A stretch of DNA of 35,653 bases from Candidatus Eiseniibacteriota bacterium. Its GTDB lineage: Bacteria > Joyebacterota > Joyebacteria > Joyebacterales > Joyebacteraceae. The stretch spans positions 1 to 35,653 of the forward strand of contig JBDRFG010000062.1 in assembly GCA_043819135.1 (NCBI GenBank), read 5' to 3'. Position 1 is the stretch's first letter. Every line of letters begins with the position of its first letter. A program made the translations under genes and the position numbers. The notes beneath the pieces are model-generated. The model saw nothing but the letters and a program-made list of their open reading frames with translations, had not been told where the DNA came from and ran no database searches. Positions 16,909 to 25,321 of the stretch are shown in pieces.

Positions 16909-18837
16909 CTAGAGCGGCGTCCCTCCACCATTCTCCCTCGACTTCGTCTCTCCGGCGACGGGGAGCACGAGCGAGAACGTCGTGCCCTGGCCCTGCGAGC
17001 TTCTGACCCCGACCCGCCCGCCGTTCTGCTCGACGACGCGAGACACGACGGTGAGACCGAGGCCGGTCCCCCTTGGCTTGGTGGTGTAGAACGGCTCGAA
17101 CAACTTGCCGACCTCTTCTTCGGACATCCCCTCGCCCGTGTCGGTGACGCCGATGGTCACCGTGGGCGGGCCGTCCGTGGAGCCGCTGACAGATGTCTCG
17201 ATGGTAAGTGTTCCGCCCTCGCCCATGGCCTCGATGGCGTTCAAGAGCACGTTCAGGAGCGCCTGCCGGATCTGCATCGGGTCGACGAGCACGTCCGGAA
17301 GGCCCTCACCGAGCTTCATCTCGATGCTGACGCGTTTGAACTGGGCGTCCTCAGACACGAGCGCCAGCGCCTCCTCGATCATCGTGCCGGAAGATATCTG
17401 CGTCCTGTCGGGCGCCACCGGACGCGCGAAGTCCAGGAGTTCCTGGACGACGCGGTCCAGCCGCTCGACCTCTTCTATCATAATGTCCGAGTAGCGCTCC
17501 TCCTCGGAGCCGGGCTCGAACTTCGTCCGGAAGAACTGCGCGAACCCCTTGAGCGAGCTCAGAGGATTGCGGACCTCGTGCGCGACACCGGCAGCCAGTC
17601 TGCCGAGCGACGCCAGATGGCGTTCCCTCTCGACGGCTTCCTTGAGCTCCTCGATCTCGCGCAGGTCCTGGAAGAGCAGCACGGTCCCGGCACGCTCGCC
17701 CTCTTCGTCCCACAGGGACGAGGCGGAGAGAGCGACGGGCACGGACCCGGCACGACCGACCACGCGCGTCTCGGTCTCGAGAACCTCCCGCTCGCCGGTC
17801 AGTACGCGGTCGACCTCCGCCCGGTCCGCGTCGTGGTCGACGCGCATGACGTCGTTCACGTCCGCCCCGTCGACGACCGCGGCCCCCAACCCGAGGATCG
17901 CCCTCGCGCCGGCGTTCACGGTCACGACGTGCCCGGTAGCATCGAGAGAGACGAGTCCGCTCGTCATGCTTTCGATGATGTTGCTCGTGTAGGAACGCAT
18001 GTTCTCGAGGGCGGTCCGCGTGGACCTGTGGGTCGCTATTATGAAGAGGAAGTAGATGGCCGTGCCGCCCACGAGAAGCAGGACACCCGCGAGCATGAGC
18101 GTGTAGTTTCTGGAGGAATGGAAGGCGGCCTCAAGTTCGGTGGCGTCGAGGCCCACTACGGCGGTGATCGGAACGGGAGCGTTGGGATCGACCGGACGGC
18201 CGAGGAGTTCCTCGAGCCTCGCCCGGACCAGCTCGGGGTCGGCCGGAGTGACCAGAGCAAGGCGCCCAGGCGGCCCCATCCTGCTGCGGCCCAACTGCCG
18301 GAGCCTGTGGTCGGCAGCCGCCGGAGGAGGCAGGTCGATCGAGACGCGATACTCGTAGACGCGGCGCCCGCCGGTCTCGACGATCCTGGTCCCGACCGCT
18401 ATGTCGACCCGCACGCCCGTCGGCCCGTGTCCCCCGGGAAGCCCGATGCGTCGGACGCCTCTGGGGTCACCACGGACGTCCGTTCTGACGTCGGCCTCAG
18501 GCAGTAGCCGGCCTACCTCCACACTGTCGCTATGTACGACAATCCTGCCGTCGCTATCCAGCAGGGCCAGGTAGGCGATGCCGGGGTGGGTCGATGACAC
18601 CTCCTCGAAGAAGGTGTTGATGCGGGTGGGGCGCCACGCGGGAGACATGAGCTCGGCCCTGAGGTCTGCCCGCGTGAACGAGAGGATCCCCCGGGCCTGA
18701 TACCAGAGGATCTCGGACAGCTGCTCCCGCCCTCGACCGATGTCGCGGTACGAGATGAAAGCCACGGTGATCGCCAAGAGGACGATGCCGATGACGATGG
18801 ATGTGATGGGTAGATAGGCCACTCGCTTCGAACGCAT
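16909..18837 (-). CDS. Sensor histidine kinase with PAS domain (ZraS/AtoS-like)
   Basis: Two TM segments, PAS, AHEVRNPL H-box, NVLLNA, DTGEG, FEPFYTTK, GTGLGL. Confidence 0.93.
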   Translation of the reverse strand: MRSKRVAYLPITSIVIGIVLLAITVAFISYRDIGRGREQLSEILWYQARGILSFTRADLRAELMSPAWRPTRINTFFEEVSSTHPGIAYLALLDSDGRIVVHSDSVEVGRLLPEADVRTDVRGDPRGVRRIGLPGGHGPTGVRVDIAVGTRIVETGGRRVYEYRVSIDLPPPAAADHRLRQLGRSRMGPPGRLALVTPADPELVRARLEELLGRPVDPNAPVPITAVVGLDATELEAAFHSSRNYTLMLAGVLLLVGGTAIYFLFIIATHRSTRTALENMRSYTSNIIESMTSGLVSLDATGHVVTVNAGARAILGLGAAVVDGADVNDVMRVDHDADRAEVDRVLTGEREVLETETRVVGRAGSVPVALSASSLWDEEGERAGTVLLFQDLREIEELKEAVERERHLASLGRLAAGVAHEVRNPLSSLKGFAQFFRTKFEPGSEEERYSDIMIEEVERLDRVVQELLDFARPVAPDRTQISSGTMIEEALALVSEDAQFKRVSIEMKLGEGLPDVLVDPMQIRQALLNVLLNAIEAMGEGGTLTIETSVSGSTDGPPTVTIGVTDTGEGMSEEEVGKLFEPFYTTKPRGTGLGLTVVSRVVEQNGGRVGVRSSQGQGTTFSLVLPVAGETKSRENGGGTPL

Positions 18838-18973
18838 GCTGTCTTGCCTCCCAGGCCATTAGACACCATGAGTTCGGAGGCGGGCAAGAGGAAAGCACGG
18901 CTGCGTGTGGCAGATGCCGCAGGCATTGAGGACGCCGGCCGCGTGAGTTCGCCACTGACGCGACGCAGGAGGC

Positions 18974-19810
18974 TCAGTAGTGGCCGAGCGTCCCCGAACT
19001 GCGCGCACGCCGGCAGCCCCACTCGAGCACGGCGAGCCCCGCGGCGAGCGATACTCCCGCGGCCACCGCGAGGAAGAGCAGAGAACCGGCAGACCCGGTC
19101 GCGGCGGCGCACCCGGCCCCGTAGCGCGCAACGGCGAGTGCGTGTGTGGTCGGCAACGCTCCCGCCCCCGCCTGGAGCCAGCGGGGCAGCATGTCGACCG
19201 GGAAGTAGACGCCACCGAGGAGCCCCGCGGCGCCGCTCACCGCCCACGAGATCGGTTCTCCCTCCTTCGAGACCATGATGACGCCGGCGGATGCCAGCCC
19301 GGCCCCGCACATGACGAGCAGGTACAACCCCAGAGCCGCGACCAGCGACGGCGAGAGTCGGAGGTTCAGACCGATGAGAGCAGCGGCGCCTGCCATCAGG
19401 AGCGCCCCGCCCAGGACCGTGATGGCGAGTTCGCCGGCGCCCGCCAAGAGCACCAGCACCGGTGTCGGCAAGCGGGTCGTCAGGAGCAGCTCCAGCGTCC
19501 CCTGGAGCTGTTCGCGCCGGACGGCGGAGCGGAACGAATGCAGCCCCGAACTCGCGAGCGAGTGCACGAAGATGCCCACGACGGCGAACGACGAATAACT
19601 CATCCCGTAGTGCTCGATGAATCCGGAGCCGGCGCACGACACGACACGACCCACGAACGAGAACGTCACGAGCGACAACACGAGCGATGCCAGACCGAGC
19701 GCGAGCTTGGCCCGGTAGCTCGCGTAGGTGGCGAGTTCCCGCCTGAAGAAAGCAAGAGCGGAGGTGAGCACGAGCGATACCGCGCCGGTCTGTCGAGGTT
19801 CCGTCCTCAC
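18974..19810 (-). CDS. ABC-2 type exporter permease
   Basis: About 6 TM segments, REQLQGTLELLL, GGVYFPVDMLPRWLQ..LPTTH; GTG start overlaps the ATPase stop (GTGA). Confidence 0.85.
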   Translation of the reverse strand: MRTEPRQTGAVSLVLTSALAFFRRELATYASYRAKLALGLASLVLSLVTFSFVGRVVSCAGSGFIEHYGMSYSSFAVVGIFVHSLASSGLHSFRSAVRREQLQGTLELLLTTRLPTPVLVLLAGAGELAITVLGGALLMAGAAALIGLNLRLSPSLVAALGLYLLVMCGAGLASAGVIMVSKEGEPISWAVSGAAGLLGGVYFPVDMLPRWLQAGAGALPTTHALAVARYGAGCAAATGSAGSLLFLAVAAGVSLAAGLAVLEWGCRRARSSGTLGHY

Positions 19811-20472
19811 GCTCCGACCCTCCCCCCGCCCAGCTCGATCACGAGGTCGCACCGTGAGGCAACCGCAGGGTCGTGCGTAGCCAGCACCACGGACCGTCCC
19901 GAGCGCGCGCGGCGCTTGAGCGCTCCCCACAAGAGCTCGCGCGCCCTTTCGTCCACCGACGCGAACGGCTCGTCAAGAACGAGCAAACGGGGCTCCCCGA
20001 GGCATGCCCTGGCCACGGACAGCCTGGCCAGCGCCCCGCGCGACAGGCTTCTGGCGGGCCTGGCGAGAAACCTCTCCAGGTCCAGCTCGGCGGCGAGCCG
20101 CATGATCTCCGCGGCGATCCGACCGGAGCTGATGCCCTTGAGCCGAGCGAAGAAGGCAAGGTTGTGCCTGGCCGACAGGCGCCAGTAGAACGACCGGCCC
20201 GTGCCCAACGACACTCCAATGGAGCGGCGCACCGCGGACTGCTCGGTCACGACGTCGCTACCGAAGACGAACCCTCGCCCTGACGACGGCCTGACCAGCG
20301 TCGCGATGATCCTGAGGGCGGTCGTCTTGCCCGCCCCGTTCGGCCCGACCAGAGCGGCGAGCTGTCCCTCCCCCACGGAGGCCGAGACCCCCGCGAGCGC
20401 CGGCACCTCTCGCCCCTTGTGCACGTAGTTCTTGCACACGCGCTCCAGCCTGACCGCCGGCGTTTCGTTCAT
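19807..20472 (-). CDS. ABC exporter ATP-binding protein
   Basis: Walker A GPNGAGKT, signature LSRG, Walker B LLVLDEP, H-loop ATH; start MNETP. Confidence 0.9.
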   Translation of the reverse strand: MNETPAVRLERVCKNYVHKGREVPALAGVSASVGEGQLAALVGPNGAGKTTALRIIATLVRPSSGRGFVFGSDVVTEQSAVRRSIGVSLGTGRSFYWRLSARHNLAFFARLKGISSGRIAAEIMRLAAELDLERFLARPARSLSRGALARLSVARACLGEPRLLVLDEPFASVDERARELLWGALKRRARSGRSVVLATHDPAVASRCDLVIELGGGRVGA

Positions 20473-20488
20473 TGAGCCCCCGTACCAC

Positions 20489-22027
20489 TCATGGAGCACC
20501 CGGCGCGGATCCGCCATCCGCGGGCCCGGACGCGGACCCGGGAGACACCGCGAACGACCACGCGCTCACTCTGCCGCCCGCCGGGGCGACGCGAACCAGT
20601 TCCGGCTCGGGCGTCCCGACGAGGTCGCACGCGATGAGCCCCGCGGCGCCCGCGACGTTGTCGAATCCCGCGCGCGTCGAACCCGTCTCGCCGTCCAGCA
20701 GGTACACACCCTCGACGTCCCAGATCAGCAGGTCGAAGGTGGAGCCTCCCGCGGCGGCGACCGACAGGTTCCCCCCGGCGGCGGCCGGAGCTTCTCCCAT
20801 GTCACCAACGAGCAGGCATGGATCGTAGACGTTCTCGCGGGTCTCGAACCTCCACATGACGTCGCCCGACCCGGGGTCGCACGCGTACAGGAACCCGTCG
20901 CTGCACCCGAGGACCAGCTCGCTGCCGGGGCCCCCATCGAGTTCGACGGGGGTAAGGCAGTTCACGGGCTCTCCGGTCTCACGGAGCGCGTCTCTGATGA
21001 ACCTGGGGATCTTCGGGTTTGTAAGATGCGACTCGTGTGACTCGACCCCGAACTGCAGCCTGTCGAGCACTTCGCCGGTCCGCGCGTTCATCACAACGAC
21101 CGCGCCCGCGAAGCAACCGACGGCCAGCTCGGCGATGCCGTCACCGAGGAAGTCCGCAAGCACCGGCGTCGAACTGACCACGCCCTCCGGGTTGAGGCGC
21201 TCGCGCCTACCCAACCCTACTTCCCACGCGAGTTCACCTTCGCCAGAGAGACACAGCAGGTGGTTCCCGTTCTCGGCGACGAGGACCTCGTCCCGGCCGT
21301 CTCCGTCCACGTCCAGCGCGGACGGGTGAGTGAACCCACTCGCGAACGGCCCGCTGGCGGAGACCGCATCGCGAGACCATAGCTCGCGCAGGTCGTCACC
21401 GGCGAGAGCCGCCAGAACGTCGTCCCGCTTCTTCCCCGCGGTGTAGACGATGCCCGGACCGAAGCCGTCCGAACTCCCGCCGGCCGGCCGCTTGCACACG
21501 CGAGCGCAGACCAGATCACCAATGGTTCCAGCCAGAGTGGCTCCGAGCACGTGCTCTCCCGTCGCACCGTCGAGCACTGAGAGCTCGTCGCCACACGCCA
21601 CGACCACCTCGACCGTCCCGTCGCCGTTAAGATCCGCCGCTACCACGCACGAGCGCTGGGGGAAGGCGGCGCGCCAGAACACGTCCCCACTTGCGCCGTC
21701 GAGAACCACGACGCCGGACGGTTCGTTGCGTCGGCCTCCGTGCAGCAGGACCTCGTGTCGACCGTCGCCGTCGAGATCCGCGACCGTCCCGCTGAGCAGC
21801 ACCTGCCCCGGAAAGCTGACGCTGCGCTCCCACAAAACCTCGCGCGTGAACCCGGGGCCGGGCTCCGACGGCAGCACGAGGTCCGGCGTGCGTGCGTCCG
21901 CAGAAATCGAACGGGTCAGGTCGGCCGCTACCGCGTCCGCGCGCATCGGGCCGGGCGGGGCGGCGAGTATCACCGCCGCCACCGCCACCCATAGCCACGC
22001 CCGCAGCCTTCTTCTAGTAATCGACAA
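20489..22027 (-). CDS. Secreted FG-GAP/PQQ-like repeat beta-propeller protein
   Basis: Repeats DLDGDGRHE, DLNGDGTVE, DVDGDGRDE, DFLGDGIAE plus W-containing blade motifs; probable TTG start at 22027 gives a signal peptide (start uncertain). Confidence 0.75.
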   Translation of the reverse strand: MSITRRRLRAWLWVAVAAVILAAPPGPMRADAVAADLTRSISADARTPDLVLPSEPGPGFTREVLWERSVSFPGQVLLSGTVADLDGDGRHEVLLHGGRRNEPSGVVVLDGASGDVFWRAAFPQRSCVVAADLNGDGTVEVVVACGDELSVLDGATGEHVLGATLAGTIGDLVCARVCKRPAGGSSDGFGPGIVYTAGKKRDDVLAALAGDDLRELWSRDAVSASGPFASGFTHPSALDVDGDGRDEVLVAENGNHLLCLSGEGELAWEVGLGRRERLNPEGVVSSTPVLADFLGDGIAELAVGCFAGAVVVMNARTGEVLDRLQFGVESHESHLTNPKIPRFIRDALRETGEPVNCLTPVELDGGPGSELVLGCSDGFLYACDPGSGDVMWRFETRENVYDPCLLVGDMGEAPAAAGGNLSVAAAGGSTFDLLIWDVEGVYLLDGETGSTRAGFDNVAGAAGLIACDLVGTPEPELVRVAPAGGRVSAWSFAVSPGSASGPADGGSAPGAP

Positions 22028-22190
22028 GGCAGACGTCCCTGTTCGAGCAGTTCCCGAAGTCGAACGCGCACTCGTCGACTCCACCGCAGTTGCCCCAGTC
22101 GATGAAGATGTAGCACATCATCGATGCGGGGATTGCCCCCTCGGTCACCGAGGACAGGGAACTACCGTTGGCCATCCTGAGATGCTTCAT
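22014..22190 (-). CDS. RiPP (ranthipeptide-like) precursor peptide 2, 58 aa
   Basis: MKHLRMANGSSLSSVTEGAIPASMMCYIFIDWGNCGGVDECAFDFGNCSNRDVCLVDY; RBS AGGAGG; leader similar to precursor 1. Confidence 0.88.
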   Translation of the reverse strand: MKHLRMANGSSLSSVTEGAIPASMMCYIFIDWGNCGGVDECAFDFGNCSNRDVCLVDY

Positions 22191-22230
22191 TGAGATTCCT
22201 CCTCTCATGAACAGCGGCGCCACGGCGGCG

Positions 22231-22407
22231 CTACTGCGTGTCAATGATACAGCTGTCCGCGGTGACGCATCCGTTGTCCAGGTCGAACAACCAGCACACG
22301 TCGGCGTTCGGACATTGCGAGTAGTCGACGAGGCAGATGTCGCTCACTTCTCTCTGCGCCGCCGGCACCGAACGGACCAGCCCGTTCGCGACCTTCATGT
22401 GTCTCAT
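22231..22407 (-). CDS. RiPP (ranthipeptide-like) precursor peptide 1, 58 aa
   Basis: MRHMKVANGLVRSVPAAQREVSDICLVDYSQCPNADVCWLFDLDNGCVTADSCIIDTQ; RBS GGAGGTGA overlaps the radical SAM stop codon. Confidence 0.88.
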   Translation of the reverse strand: MRHMKVANGLVRSVPAAQREVSDICLVDYSQCPNADVCWLFDLDNGCVTADSCIIDTQ

Positions 22408-22411
22408 CCCA

Positions 22412-24964
22412 TCACCTCCCCTCACGCATGTTGACACCACCCAGTTCGTCCCTACGCGTCCCGCCCGATTCTCGCCCGGCGTCGAACTCGGGACGGACCG
22501 CTTGCCGCGCCGCCTCCGCGAGCCTCGCCCTGCTCTTTTTGGGAAGAGACACGTAGAGCCACATCGACAGCTCCAGTATCCGCTGCGTTACTCGACACCG
22601 AGGTCCCGTCGGCCCGGCGAACGTTCCCTCGGCGGATTCGACGTCGTGCAGGCACGCCCCGCCGCACAGGCCGAACGCCCAGCAATCTGCGCAGGCGGCG
22701 GACCGTCGCCCCAGCGCGCCAAGCAATCTGCCGACGGCGAAGCGGTCGAGCCCCCCGCCCACGTCGCCGACGGCGTATCGCGCGTCACCCGCGAACCGGT
22801 GACAGAGGTACAGACGACCGTCGTGGTCGACGGAGACGTAGCGGGCGCCGGCGCCACAGGGCGCGAGACGCTGTCGACCCAGCTCAAGAGCAAGCACCGG
22901 CTCGATGAAGCACCCCGCCGATGGACGACGCCCCGCGCGTATCGACTCGAGCTCCGCGCGGGCAAGCTCGTCCAGCTCCCCAACAAGCCTATCGGCGAAC
23001 TCGGTGGTCATAGGCGCGCCGCTCACCGGCGCCAGGTGGACGACCCCGAATCCGAGTCCCACGAGATGGCCGACCAAGTCCGTCAGTGCGACGGAGTCCT
23101 CGGTCACGGTCGCTCGCGCGCCCGGACGCATGCCCTCTGGAAGCCCCCGGAGGTTAGCGGCTATTCTCTCGTACGAACCACCGCCGTCCGGAAATGGCCT
23201 GTGAGCGTCGTGGGAGTTCGCCGGGCCGTCTATGCTCACGAGAATGCGGACCCCGACAGCGTGGAGCATCTCGGCCACGTCCGGTGTGAGAAGTGTGCCG
23301 TTCGTCGTCATGTGAAACGAGATGTCCACGCCTCGGGTCGCCGCGCGGCCGCGCGCGTACCGGGCCGTGCGTTCGATGAGACCGGGATTGAGCAGCGGCT
23401 CCCCACCGAAGAAGACGACGGAGACGCTCCTCTCCCCAAACGACTCGCTCAGCAGGAGGTCGATCGCCGCGCGGGCGACATCGTCAGACATCAGTCTCGA
23501 TGTGTGAGGCTCACGTCCCAGATAGCAGTAATCGCAGGAGAGATTGCATCCCCCGGAGACGTTGAGCGCGACCGACGCGATTCCGCTTAGGCTAGGCCCA
23601 TCCGCGCCGGACAGGTGGCGCTCATCCATCGTGAATTCGAGGTGTGCCCCATGACAGAGCAGAGCGTCGCGCCGGCCTCCGGTGAGCACGGAGATCTCGC
23701 CCAGCGCCTCACCAACAGGACCCGGACCGTGGTTCATGCGCAGCACGTCCAGCGCGGCGCTGGACTCTCCGGCCCGGAGCCACCTGATGACGTCCGAGGC
23801 CAGCCCATCTGCTTCGAAGAAGAGCCCCGACCGCGTGTCGAACACGAACACGTCGTCGTCGACCTGGAAATCGTGGAGCCCGTCGGCGGGAGCACGACCT
23901 CGCCCGGTCGTGTTCCCGTCCAAACGGTCAGGACCCGGATCGGGACTCGCCCCCGAGTCGGTTCGCGCATGCGACCCGGCTTCCCCGGCGCGCTCCACGA
24001 TCGCGAGCCGCCTCGACATGCGGCCGAGCACGAGTCGCGCCCTGTCCTGTGACCGCCGGAGGTGCGATTCGAGGATGGTGGCGCCAAGGAGCGCAGCCCC
24101 GGCGGCGCCCCGGTCGTATCGCGAGCACACCAGTTCCACGAGTTCGTCCAGCGCTCCCGACCGCGCACCGAGCCGCAGGAGTTCGCCCGCCCCGCACGCC
24201 TCGGCGGGTGTCGCCAGACCGCTCCTCGTGGCCATCAGCCACGCCGCCGCCGACCACCGTCGCGCCGACAGGTCAGGCTCCAGGTCTTCTATGTCATCTG
24301 CAAGCTGGTAGGCCGCGTGGTAGTCCTCGACTATCCGCTCAGCCCGGGCGAGCGTGTCGGGACGTCCGGCCAGGAGGGCCATGCCAGCCGCGGAGGCCTT
24401 GAGCGGCGACATCTTGCGTCCGAGTTTCGTGAGGGTTTCCGCAAGGGCCTCCTCCCCGACGGCGGACCCCCCGTCGTCGGACATGAGCACGCGCGACTCC
24501 CACTCCAGGCTCGTGAAGAACTCGTCGAGGTATCGTTCGAGGTGAATCCAGAACGCGGACCCCGTCGGGAACAGACGCGAGTACTCGAGCACGAACCGAA
24601 GGAACGAGTCATCGGAGAGACGGGCGGCCGCGGGAGTGGGGCTCTCGTCGCCGTCGAGCCATCGGTCCTGCTGGAGGAAGTGCGCGGCCCCGAAGGCATT
24701 CCCGAGCGCCATGGTCCTCGCCGCCGCCAGGCAGTCGGCGAACGGGTGCGCGCCGGCCAGTGCGAACGGAAGGAGTATGACTATGTTGCCGGGTGTGATG
24801 CCGGGGTCGGCGCATCGTGACGGAAGGCAGGAGACATCGGGCCGCGCGGCCGGACGGCCAGCGCACGGCTCCGCGAGGTCCGCGCTCTGCCCACGGGCCT
24901 CCTCGAAGCGCCGCGCAACCAGCCTGCACTCCGCTCCGGGATCGTAGAAACCTATTCTGGACAA
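22412..24964 (-). CDS. Fusion maturase: isoprenoid-synthase-fold domain + RRE + radical SAM/SPASM
   Basis: QQDRWLD, RKMSPLK, YQLADDIED in the N-terminal helical domain; RRE-like HDFQVDDDVFVFDTRSGLFFE; CNLSCDYC, FFGGEPLL, TTNGTLL, VSIDG; SPASM CGAG..LYLCHRF..CADCWAFGLCGGAC..C. Start uncertain (TTG 24964; frame open to 25015). Confidence 0.88.
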   Translation of the reverse strand: MSRIGFYDPGAECRLVARRFEEARGQSADLAEPCAGRPAARPDVSCLPSRCADPGITPGNIVILLPFALAGAHPFADCLAAARTMALGNAFGAAHFLQQDRWLDGDESPTPAAARLSDDSFLRFVLEYSRLFPTGSAFWIHLERYLDEFFTSLEWESRVLMSDDGGSAVGEEALAETLTKLGRKMSPLKASAAGMALLAGRPDTLARAERIVEDYHAAYQLADDIEDLEPDLSARRWSAAAWLMATRSGLATPAEACGAGELLRLGARSGALDELVELVCSRYDRGAAGAALLGATILESHLRRSQDRARLVLGRMSRRLAIVERAGEAGSHARTDSGASPDPGPDRLDGNTTGRGRAPADGLHDFQVDDDVFVFDTRSGLFFEADGLASDVIRWLRAGESSAALDVLRMNHGPGPVGEALGEISVLTGGRRDALLCHGAHLEFTMDERHLSGADGPSLSGIASVALNVSGGCNLSCDYCYLGREPHTSRLMSDDVARAAIDLLLSESFGERSVSVVFFGGEPLLNPGLIERTARYARGRAATRGVDISFHMTTNGTLLTPDVAEMLHAVGVRILVSIDGPANSHDAHRPFPDGGGSYERIAANLRGLPEGMRPGARATVTEDSVALTDLVGHLVGLGFGVVHLAPVSGAPMTTEFADRLVGELDELARAELESIRAGRRPSAGCFIEPVLALELGRQRLAPCGAGARYVSVDHDGRLYLCHRFAGDARYAVGDVGGGLDRFAVGRLLGALGRRSAACADCWAFGLCGGACLHDVESAEGTFAGPTGPRCRVTQRILELSMWLYVSLPKKSRARLAEAARQAVRPEFDAGRESGGTRRDELGGVNMREGR

Positions 24965-25021
24965 GTCGAGCGTTCCACCGGGGAATCGGGAGCGGTGCAT
25001 CAGGCGATCGGGCAAATGAGA

Positions 25022-25049
25022 AGGGCGAACCCCGGGTGGAGTCCGCCCT
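25022..25049 (-). terminator. Terminator/attenuator-like hairpin upstream of the maturase
   Basis: Minus strand AGGGCGGACTCC-ACCC-GGGGTTCGCCCT (12 bp with G-U pairs that form only on this strand) followed by TCTCATTT. Confidence 0.5.
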
Positions 25050-25321
25050 GCAGATCATGGTTCCAGGATGAGGTACGGCCGGCAGGTCTGGTGCGGGAGA
25101 GCGTCCGAGATAGCCTGCCGGCCGTCGTGGGCTGACTCCATCCCCGCGGAGGTGAGAGCAAGTTACTGACCAAGCTAACTGCCTGGGATGGAGCTATGAC
25201 GAAGAGCCGTGTCGTAGGTGCGTCCTGCTTCTGGATGCTTCGGCTCTTCCGGGGGTAACCTTTCACACTGTCTATATCGATTACAGCCGCGGCGCCTCTC
25301 CAGCATGCAGCTGTCTTGATC

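Noticed and set aside
22014..22407. Standard SCIFF (six-Cys-in-45) locus or small ferredoxins
   Set aside because: The cores lack the GCGECQTSCQSACK pattern and CxxCxxC ferredoxin motifs; only the leader resembles SCIFF
20489..24964. Canonical quinohemoprotein amine dehydrogenase (qhp) operon
   Set aside because: No CxxCH heme alpha subunit, flavoprotein or subtilisin-like protease; the peptides are much shorter than QhpC. Kept only as an analogy
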